Made by a program: the position numbers and the translations under genes. This document shows, piece by piece, positions 1 to 8,257 of a stretch of DNA of 20,168 nucleotides; within the stretch, counting starts at the first letter, position 1; each line of letters opens with the position of its first letter. A model generated the notes under the pieces. It saw nothing but the letters and a program-made list of their open reading frames with translations. It had not been told where the DNA came from and ran no database searches. Origin of the DNA: Octopus sinensis (Eukaryota); assembly GCF_006345805.1 (NCBI RefSeq), contig NW_021824025.1, positions 1 through 20,168 on the forward strand. Reading direction: 5' to 3'.

Positions 1-64
1 CAAGCATAAATTTTTGTGGAATCACGTATAGAAAACAAAATCTTAGTTTTCTATCTCAAAATTA
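1..64. repeat. Short dispersed repeat; inverted copy of 1745-1805
   Basis: Reverse complement of 1-64 (taattttgagatagaaaactaagattttgttttctatacgtgattccacaaaaatttatgcttg) aligns by eye with 1745-1805 (taattttgagatagaaaataaagttgttttcaatacgtgagtccacaaaaatatatgcttg). It may extend left of the window. Confidence 0.85.
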
Positions 65-345
65 ATTTTGCCAGGAACGGATTGCGTGCTCGACTTTGAT
101 ATTGTCGAGATCCCGCTAAGAACTATTGCGTCATAACTCACTTCTAACACAACCAAGCTCTCCAAGACGAAATAGAATCAGCCGTACGCAAAGAATTTAA
201 AACATTTACACCCAGTGTTGTCTTTGATTTCTTTGATGTTTCAGGATTTAAAACATTAAAAATTATCTAGTTAATTAGTGCCTTAAAACACTTTAATTAA
301 TGTTGCATAGAGTAACGGCGTGCATATCAACATATAATACACTAA

Positions 346-353
346 GTGTGTGT

Positions 354-395
<42 letters not shown>
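346..395. repeat. (GT)n microsatellite
   Basis: Direct reading. Confidence 0.95.
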
Positions 396-397
<2 letters not shown>

Positions 398-487
398 TGT
401 GAGTAACAGTTAACTATTTGATGAAGAAGGAAAGGAGAGAAAAGATGAAAGGAGAGAAAATATCACGCACAATGCACGCACACAAAC

Positions 488-614
488 GCTACTTCCCAAC
501 CGCATAGTTCTGGGTTCAGTTCCACTGCGTGGCACCTTGGGCAAGTGTCTTCTACTATAACTTCGACTGGACCAAAAGTGGATTTGGTAGACAGAAACTG
601 AAAGAAGCCTCTTG
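488..614 (+). mobile_element. SINE family A, 5' part (partial tRNA-like head and body), followed by (TA)n 614-663
   Basis: B-box-like GGTTCAGTTCC then actgcgtggcaccttgggcaagtgtcttct...ggatttggtagacagaaactgaaagaagcc; reverse-complement match to copies at 906-1307 and 12086-12523. Confidence 0.85.
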
Positions 615-645
<31 letters not shown>

Positions 646-662
646 ATATATATATATATATA

Positions 663-716
663 TACTCTTTTACTCTTTTATTGTTTCAGTCATTTGACTG
701 TGGCCATGCTGGAACA
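663..716 (-). mobile_element. SINE family A, 3' tail fragment (inverted)
   Basis: tactcttttactctttt...gtttcagtcatttgactgtggccatgctgga, same as the left ends of 906-1307 and 12086-12523. Confidence 0.85.
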
Positions 717-720
717 TGGC

Positions 721-848
721 AAAAGTGACCGATAGAATAAATACTAGGCTTACAAAGAATAAGTCCTGGGGTCAATTTGCTCGACTAAAGGCGGTGCTCC
801 AGCATGGCTTCAATCACAGTGACTGAAACAAGTAAATGAGTAAAAGAA
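721..848 (+). mobile_element. SINE family A, 3' tail
   Basis: aaaagtgaccgatagaataaatactaggcttacaaagaataagtcctggggtc...gactgaaacaagtaaatgagtaaaaga is the reverse complement of about 906-1025. Confidence 0.9.
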
Positions 849-905
849 TAAATAAATATATATATGAAATAAAAGAATATATATATTATATTCTTTTCTT
901 TTTTT

Positions 906-1307
906 CTTTTACTCGTTTCAGTCATTTGACTGTGGCCATGCTGGAGCACCGCCTTTATTCGAGTCAAATCGACCCCGGGACTTATTCTTTGTAAGCCTAG
1001 TACTTATTCTATCGGACTCTTCTGCCGAACCGCTACGTTACGGGGGCGTAAACACTCTAACATCGGTTGTCAAGCAATGGTGAGGGGAAAAACACAGACA
1101 CGCAAACATATACACACACACATTCACACATACATATATATACATATATTTATACCACAGGCTTCTTACACTTTCCATCTATCAAATCCACTCACAAGGC
1201 TTTGGTCGGCCTGAGGCACTTGCTCAAGGTGCTACGCAGTGGGACTGAACCCAGAACCATGTGGTTGGTAAGCAAGCTACTTAGTACACAGCCACGCCTG
1301 CGCCTAT
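906..1307 (-). mobile_element. SINE family A, near full length (tRNA-derived head at right end)
   Basis: Colinear with 12086-12523 over its whole length; minus-strand head with A-box-like TGGCTGTGT and B-box-like GGTTCAGTCC; internal (CA/TA)n tract; short (GAGTAAAA)-type tail. Confidence 0.9.
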
Positions 1308-1377
1308 ACGCTTTTTGTAAACAAACCAGAAAGGCTTTGTGAGTTGATATGTGAGTTCGATCTCGGCTAGGGTTAGC

Positions 1378-1420
1378 AGCTAAGCATTTTGCCCGGCGTG
1401 CTAACAATTCAAACAGCTCA
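1378..1420 (-). mobile_element. SINE family B, head fragment
   Basis: gctaagcattttgcccggcgtgctaacaattc...cagctca is the reverse complement of the B head seen at 7161 and 16241. Confidence 0.7.
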
Positions 1421-1545
1421 CAGATTTAAAATATTGGTTTCAAATCTCGACACATGGTCAGCAATTTCGAGGGAGAGGTTTTTAGTCGATTACATCGACC
1501 CCAGTATTTAACTGGTACTTATTTCATCAGCCTCGAAAGGTTGAA

Positions 1546-2046
1546 GTAAAAGGTAAAGTTATCTTCTCGAGTCATACCGACTCAGGGCCGGGTTCCCAGT
1601 TTCTTTGGCGTATAAATTCTCCACGTGGGCGGGACGTCGGTCCATTGCAAAATTACTCATTTTTACCAGTTGCGTGGATTGGAGCCACGTGGAATGAAAT
1701 GTTTTGCTCAAGAAAAACAACACACCACCCGGTCCAGGAATCGCTAATTTTGAGATAGAAAATAAAGTTGTTTTCAATACGTGAGTCCACAAAAATATAT
1801 GCTTGGGGTTTGTTGTTTCTTTCTCTTTTATTTTTGTCTTTTGTTTTCGTATTTTCGTTTTTTTTCTTGCAATCTGTACAGCGGACTTACAACACTCTAA
1901 AATAAATGAACTGTTAAATTTAGATATCGATGTATTATTCAATAGTAAACGAATTATAGTATTTGATGGCATATAAAGACACCACAATCGAAACCACAAT
2001 CTTACAATCATCAGTTCAACACCATAACCACTAAGCCAAGCGCCTC
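1546..2046 (-). mobile_element. SINE family C (tail type C1), split into 1546-1743 and 1986-2046 by an unknown insertion
   Basis: The tRNA-like head (1986-2046) and the body ttcttgagcaaaacatttcattccacgtggctccaatccacgcaactgg (minus strand) match the plus-strand copy at 19114. The central block resembles CORE-type SINE domains (from recall, unverified). Confidence 0.8.
1744..1985. other. 242-bp unclassified insertion flanked by a direct repeat AATCG
   Basis: AATCG at 1739-1743 and 1986-1990, exactly where SINE C is interrupted. Confidence 0.6.
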
Positions 2047-2206
2047 TACGAACGATAGAAAGGCAAAGTCGAACTCGGCGGAATTTGAACTCCAGAACGT
2101 CAAAACGGACGGAATGCAGATTTGCATTTTGCCCGACGTGCAAACGATTCTGCCAGCTCACCGCCTCAAAATATTAATCGTTATCAACTCGTCTTATTTT
2201 ATGACA

Positions 2207-2815
2207 CAGTATGTCTTGGATTACATTACCCAATGTGTTCTTCCATTGTTTTGAGATAGCACGGAATGAAATCTGGCGATAGTGATTTTGACAGGAAAGT
2301 CATGGCTAGAACGACGCTTTTGATCACACATTTACACAAACAGGAGCGACCTGAGGCTAAAAACTACTAAACAAAAAAAAACGGTAAAACAACAGAAACG
2401 GAAGGACAGAAGCAGTATATCTAGGAGTACATAATCCAATGTGTTCTTCCATTGTTTTGAGATAGCAAGGAATGAAATCTGGCGATAGTGATTTCTACAG
2501 GAAGGTCATGGTTGGAAAAACGCTTTTGATCACACATTTACACAAACAGGAGCGATCTGAGGCTAAAAACTACGAGACAAGAAAACGGTAAAAAAAAAAA
2601 CGGAAACGGAAGGACAGAAGCAGTATATCTAAGACTATATAATCCAATGTGTTCTTTTATTTTTGAGATAGCAGGGTGTAATCTGGAGATTGATTTCTAC
2701 AGGAAGGTCATGGTTGGAAAAAACGCTTTTGATCATATATTTACACAAACATAGCCGATCTGAGACTGAAAAAGACTTATAAGAAAGAAAACGAAGCAAC
2801 AACAGAAACGGAAAG
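2207..2815. repeat. Tandem repeat, three diverged ~206-bp units (starts 2207, 2413, 2621)
   Basis: Each unit: cagtat(a/g)tct...ccaatgtgttctt...ttttgagatagca...acgcttttgatca...atttacacaaaca...gaaacggaa. Confidence 0.95.
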
Positions 2816-3197
2816 CCTGTCTTTGAGACACGCGATGTTAAGAATGATGCCTTTGTATTTTTCCGTGTCAATTCATAGAATTTTGGAAAAAAAGCTCTCC
2901 GAGAATCACACCATGAGATTTGTCTCAGATATCGGATTGTGTTTTAGAGATGTAAAATGCTAAGGAACCAAATATTTCTTCTTTTTTTTCTTTTTTTTTG
3001 GGTTTTTTTTTTTGGTTTTTTGTTTTTGCTTACGTTGCAATATTTTTTGCAAATATAGGCTTTTGACATCCGTCATATGTTTTGACATTAATTTCTACAA
3101 ATGTTATCCGATTGCGTTTCTACATAATGGAAAGTTTGTTATATATTTTGCAAAGAATTTTTTCTCTTTGGATAAACGAATAAGGTGTCGGAACAAC

Positions 3198-3221
3198 ACA
3201 TACACACACACACAGACACAG

Positions 3222-3265
<44 letters not shown>

Positions 3266-3473
3266 CAGATTAGAGTTCGCAGTTTATATATCATAATCTT
3301 TGAACGATCCTTTCGTTTCCTTTCCTTACAGCACCTATCTCACTTTGTCATATAGCCGCAGTGTACATGAATGCGTACATTGTGTGTGGTATTATATATA
3401 TTATATATATATAATTTATGTATGTATGTATATGTATATATATGGGTGCGTGTGCGTTTATGTGTACGCAATG

Positions 3474-3521
<48 letters not shown>

Positions 3522-3580
3522 ACCATGCTATTTATATATACAAATAAACAATATATATGCACAGGTATACATATGTATGT

Positions 3581-3624
<44 letters not shown>

Positions 3625-3676
3625 TTATATATATATATATATCATATATATGAATACATGTATATATATAGTGAAT

Positions 3677-3725
<49 letters not shown>

Positions 3726-3815
3726 CATATGTACCTATGTATATTGCTAATTATTCATGTGTATGTGTGTGTATATATATATATATGTATATATACACAC
3801 ATATAAATGTTTATA

Positions 3816-3884
<69 letters not shown>

Positions 3885-4296
3885 TATATATATTATATAT
3901 ATCCATAAATGTATGACTTTCACTTCTTCGAATGTTATGATTCATGTTTATTTTATTTTATTTTATTTTATTTTATTTTATTTTATTCTAATTCTATTTC
4001 TATTTTCTTACATTTTAATTCTATTTTGTGTTGTATAGCAATGGTGGGCGGCCTCCCACTGATAAAGACGCCCTTCCTAAGCGATATGGGTGGTCTTCTT
4101 TACATCAAGACAGTGCCATTTCCTTCGTTATGTTTGTAATTACTATTGTTAATTGACATTTTTGTTTTTGTAGATCTTAATTCCACAGTCCCTATCTCTC
4201 AATCCCTTCTCTCTCCCTCTCTGTACCTATGTACACACACATACATGCATACATACATACATACGTGTATATATGTGTATGTATATGTATATATAT

Positions 4297-4327
<31 letters not shown>

Positions 4328-4380
4328 CATATAATATATATATACACACACATATATATTATGTATGTATGTGTATATAC

Positions 4381-4419
<39 letters not shown>

Positions 4420-4573
4420 GTGTGTAGTGTATGTATGCAGGTATATATATGTATATTATACACATATATATATATGTATATATGTATATATATATACATA
4501 TATATATGTATATTTATGTATATATATGTGTATATATATACATATATATATGTATATTTAGTATAAATGTATG

Positions 4574-4644
<71 letters not shown>

Positions 4645-4792
4645 ATATATATGTAATATGTATATATGTATATATGCATATGCATATAATTTATATATAT
4701 ATATGTATATATGTATATATGTATATGTATATATGTATATGCATATATATATGCATATAATATATACATATACATATACATATATACATATA

Positions 4793-4843
<51 letters not shown>

Positions 4844-4885
4844 ATATAATATATATGTATATATATTATGTATGTATATGTATAG
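3198..4885. repeat. Microsatellite field: (CA)n ~3198-3264, (AT)n-rich ~3380-3910, (TTTTA)n ~3946-3990, (AT/GT/TATG)n ~4230-4885
   Basis: Direct reading; source of the I/Y/C/V-rich pseudo-ORFs. Confidence 0.95.
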
Positions 4886-5208
4886 TGTTGCCTCTGTCTG
4901 TTGTTGAATCAGTATTTTACTTATCTGTTAATGGCAGAACATCAGAACAGCCAGCCACATATGCTGACTTCCTATTATGTTCTTAAGAATCATTATTTCG
5001 TTGTTGTCTCAATATAACGATTTTATTCTGGCATAGAAAAATAGGGAGTACTTATACCCTCATTAATATTAACACCAATATTAATACTAATGCTCATATT
5101 AATACTAGTACTACTAGTAGTAGTAGTAATAATAATAATCATAATAATAATAATAATAATAATAGATGATAATAATCTAATAATAATAATATAATAATAA
5201 TAATAAGG

Positions 5209-5241
<33 letters not shown>

Positions 5242-5287
5242 TAATAATAATAATAATAATATAATAATAATAATACTAATAATAATC

Positions 5288-5436
5288 AGACATTCACTAG
5301 TGCAACACCAAAAAAACCCCCAAATATATGGCACACTAGGCATAACAACAACGTGAACTTCCAACCTGTTGTCTCTTGAGGTCTCTGGGTGAGACTTGGA
5401 GCCAACTTGTACAGACATAAAGCACAAAGTCAAACA

Positions 5437-5438
<2 letters not shown>
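5288..5438 (+). mobile_element. 5'-truncated retroelement 3' end embedded in (TAA)n, copy 1 (probable R4/Dong-type LINE 3' UTR)
   Basis: Direct repeat of 5530-5696; both end caaagtca(a/g)aca then (TAA)n; stem GTCTC...GAGAC encloses aggtctctggg. Clade assignment is inferred from the (TAA)n context. Confidence 0.6.
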
Positions 5439-5529
<91 letters not shown>

Positions 5530-5693
5530 TTTCGTATGGCTTTTTTAGGCATTCACTAGTACAACACTAAGTACAAAACCAAATATATGTCACCCTAGGC
5601 ATAACACCAACATGAACTTCCAACTTGTTGTCTCTTGAGGTCTCTGGGTGAGACTTGGAGCCAGCTTGCACAAATGTAAAGCAAAAGTCAGAC

Positions 5694-5696
<3 letters not shown>
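5530..5696 (+). mobile_element. 5'-truncated retroelement 3' end embedded in (TAA)n, copy 2
   Basis: As copy 1; shared 3' end, different 5' start. Confidence 0.6.
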
Positions 5697-5741
<45 letters not shown>

Positions 5742-5783
5742 TAATAATAATAATAATAATGATAATGATTATGATAATAATAA

Positions 5784-6170
5784 ATGCCCTGATGCAGTAC
5801 CATGTAGTGGCTCTCGTGGCTTCTGATCTTAACTGATTGGAAGTGTTTTCATGAACATTGTTTTGTCTTGGTATGAAAGATGGGCTACAGCAAATATTCT
5901 GCTCAATACCACAGATTTGCTAGTCATTTGTTTGACCTTAACCAGTTGACCATGTCCCTTAGTGGCTGACAATATGTGCACGTCTGATCACGAGCAAAAG
6001 TAATGGGGGAGCATCATAGCCATGTGTTCAGAGGGATTCTTTTGGGTTTGTATAATTCATCTCTGGAAACATGGGTGTTTCGTTCAACATCCTTAAACAA
6101 CCCTTATTCAGGGACCTTTTGAGCCAGATGGGTTACTCGACCAGAAGAAAATTCTAACTGGGCTCCACCT
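5784..6170 (+). mobile_element. Unclassified ~570-bp (TAA)n-associated element, 5' part (cut at 6170 by a SINE A tail)
   Basis: 5831-6170 is the reverse complement of 10371-10707; starts atgccctgatgcagtacc immediately after (TAA)n. Strand is assigned only from the TAA orientation. Confidence 0.75.
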
Positions 6171-6270
6171 AGAATAAGTACTAGGCTTACAAAGAATAAG
6201 TCCTGGGATCGATTTTCTCGACAAAAGGCGGTGCTCCAGCATGGCCGTAGTCAAATGACTAAAACAAGTA
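6171..6270 (+). mobile_element. SINE family A, 3' tail fragment
   Basis: agaataagtactaggcttacaaagaataagtcctgggatcg...ggcggtgctccagcatggccgtagtcaaatgactaaaacaagta. Confidence 0.9.
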
Positions 6271-6440
6271 TATATATATATATATATATATAAAACTAAC
6301 ACAAAACGACACAACAACATACATAGAAGCACTAAAAATCAAATCAAAAGAAAATAAAACATCCAGCACGAACCCTATTCATATAATAACACTTATATGT
6401 AGCACCACCGACCTCGGCAACCGTCGAGATTACATATTCT

Positions 6441-6875
6441 GGATCTTTTCGGTTTGAACGGCAGTTTTTTCTAGCGGTGTCATATGAAATTGTCACCCAT
6501 AATTATGATCCTAGTATCGATCTATTGCATTTCAATCTGTTTTAGGGTTAGGGTTAGTTAGGATTAGGGTTAGGGGTGGGGGGAAAGGGTATCTTTTTTT
6601 CTTCACAAATGTAAATAAACCCAATCTGTTTCTTAATCGTGGGACATATTCATACGGCACAGAATGTTTTTTTACCTCAATAGACGTCAGTGATTGGTTG
6701 AAATTGTAGAAATTGAAAAAAAAAACAACAAATATCTTACAAACTATAGAATTTTCTCAATAAAGCCCAGAGAAAAAGATGTTTTATAAACACATTCAAC
6801 CAGTATACGAAGTTTAAAATTTTTTAGTTACCTAGAAATTATGTTAAAAAACTGCCATTCAAACCGAAAAGATCC
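6441..6875. mobile_element. 435-bp MITE, 30-bp TIRs, 8-bp TSD CATATTCT (Merlin-like termini)
   Basis: TIR GGATCTTTTCGGTTTGAA(C/T)GGCAGTTTTTT at 6441-6470 and 6846-6875 (29/30 identical); CATATTCT at 6433-6440 and 6876-6883. Superfamily is inferred from GG termini plus the 8-bp TSD. Confidence 0.92.
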
Positions 6876-7160
6876 CATATTCTAACTATAATACATTAAC
6901 GTTCTCATAACCGTCATCATACGAGGTGACTTTAATACACTCAATAGCTTCTGGTGTTCAAACAGTGCAGATAACAAAGAGATAACATTATAACATAACA
7001 AGCAAACGCCCTTTACATCCTAGAAAATTCATTGCAACAAACATACATATATCTCACCAAGCTTTCCTGAAATAACAGATATCTCTGTTTTCCCTTTCCT
7101 ATAGCTGCGAACCGCAGCTGCTCGGGAGACAATCGCTAACTTTACTCGGACCACCGACCA

Positions 7161-7384
7161 GGCTGGCAGAATCGCTAGCACGCCGGGCGAAATGCTTAGC
7201 AGTATTTCGTCTGACGCTACGTTCTGAGTCCAAATTCCGCCGAGGTCGACTTTACCTTTCATCCTTTCGGGGTCGATAAATTAAGTACCAGTTACACACT
7301 GGGGTCAATGTAATCGACATAATCCCTTTGTCTGTCCTTGTTTGTCCCCTCTGTGTTTAGCCCCTTGTGGGTAGTAAAGAAATA
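7161..7384 (+). mobile_element. SINE family B, tail type B1, near full length
   Basis: Head ctggcagaatcgctagcacgccgggcgaaatgcttagc, degenerate B box (gagtccaaattcc), central gaggtcgactttacctttcatcctttcggggtcgataaattaagtaccag (resembles Nin/Deu-type SINE domain, from recall), tail ...ccccttgtgggtagtaaagaaata. Confidence 0.9.
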
Positions 7385-7568
7385 GGTATTTCGTCTGCCG
7401 TTACGTTCTGAGTTCAAATTCCGCCGAGGTCGACTTTGCCTTTCATCCTTTCGGTGTCGATAAATTAAGTACCAGTTACACACTGGGGTCGATGTAATCG
7501 ACTTAATCCTTTTGTCTGTCCTTGTTTGGCTCCTCTATGTTTAGCCCCTTGTGGGCAATAAAGAAATA
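7385..7568 (+). mobile_element. SINE B1, 5'-truncated second unit joined head-to-tail
   Basis: Begins ggtatttcgtctgccgttacgttctgagttcaaattcc with no spacer after unit 1; same tail. Confidence 0.9.
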
Positions 7569-8257
7569 AAAATTATTATAACGCATTTATACAGCAATGA
7601 AGAAGACAAAAGTAGTTTTAGAGACCTCCTTAAATCCTTAAAAATGTTTTAGCCCGAAGGCCGCGGCCATACTGGGGCACCACCGCTTCTTAACAAACAA
7701 AAAAAAAGCCCACAGGAACGAATTTCTCCAAGAAATAGCATCGCAGTCAAGGTAGACATTATACAGCAAAGTAATTACAGACGCAATCAAAAACGTATTC
7801 CAGAAAAGCAATTTTGAAAAAAAAAAAAAAAAACGAAAAAGAAAAAAAAAGAAATACAACGTAAATTTTTATGCACCAGAAATAGACAATCTCATGAAAT
7901 CAAAGACGACTTCAAGCACGGTATCTCAAGATCGCACAGAAGTAAAACAAAATGCAACTTCAAACAACTAAAAAAAGGAGATTAGAAATAAATAAATAAA
8001 TAAATAAATAAATAAATATATAAAATAAATGAGAGGCACACTTTGTTGCCGCAGCAAGTTTTATCAAACCATCGTCTCTGTCGTGGCATGAAAAAAAATC
8101 ACTCGCAGACATCCTGGTACATACACACAACGCCCCCCAAAACATTACCACAACAGCATCTTAAAAGCCATTTTCTCCCCCATTAAGCCCAGACGAACAT
8201 AAAAGAAAAAAACAAAACAAAACAAAACAAACCACAAACATATAGAAATGGTTGCAA

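Larger units (their letters stand above)
1428..2166 (-). mobile_element. SINE family B (tail type B2), split into 1428-1545 and 2050-2166 by a nested SINE C
   Basis: Left piece ends ...actggtacttatttcatcagcctcgaaaggttgaa; right piece resumes gaacgatagaaaggcaaagtcgaactcggcggaatttgaac...cagctcaccgcc. Joined, they reproduce the B sequence seen intact at 7161-7384. Confidence 0.75.
5090..5783. repeat. (TAA)n arrays (~5120-5287, 5439-5529, 5697-5783) interrupted by element tails
   Basis: Direct reading. Confidence 0.95.

Noticed and set aside
147-270. Short protein-like frame HNQALQDEIESAVRKEFKTFTPSVVFDFFDVSGFKTLKII*
   Set aside because: No start codon, splice support or motif that I recognise.
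1-1805. 1-64 and 1745-1805 as TIRs of one 1.8-kb DNA transposon
   Set aside because: The right copy lies inside an insertion that splits SINE C and continues to 1985, so it is not an element terminus facing that way; the left flank is outside the window.
1559-2161. 200-aa minus-strand ORF
   Set aside because: It runs across SINE B, the orphan insert and SINE C pieces; a chance open frame over a nested repeat.
4037-4130. GC-richer patch after tgtatag, possibly an exon (MVGGLPLIKTPFLSDMGGLLYIKTVPF)
   Set aside because: It appears to be a decayed ~40-bp internal duplication; no clear donor or recognisable protein motif.
5120-5783. CRISPR-like repeat/spacer pattern
   Set aside because: The repeats are variable-length (TAA)n and the 'spacers' are homologous to each other; no cas genes; eukaryotic context.
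6542-6583. True or ancestral telomere
   Set aside because: Only a few imperfect TTAGGG units, enclosed within MITE TIRs.
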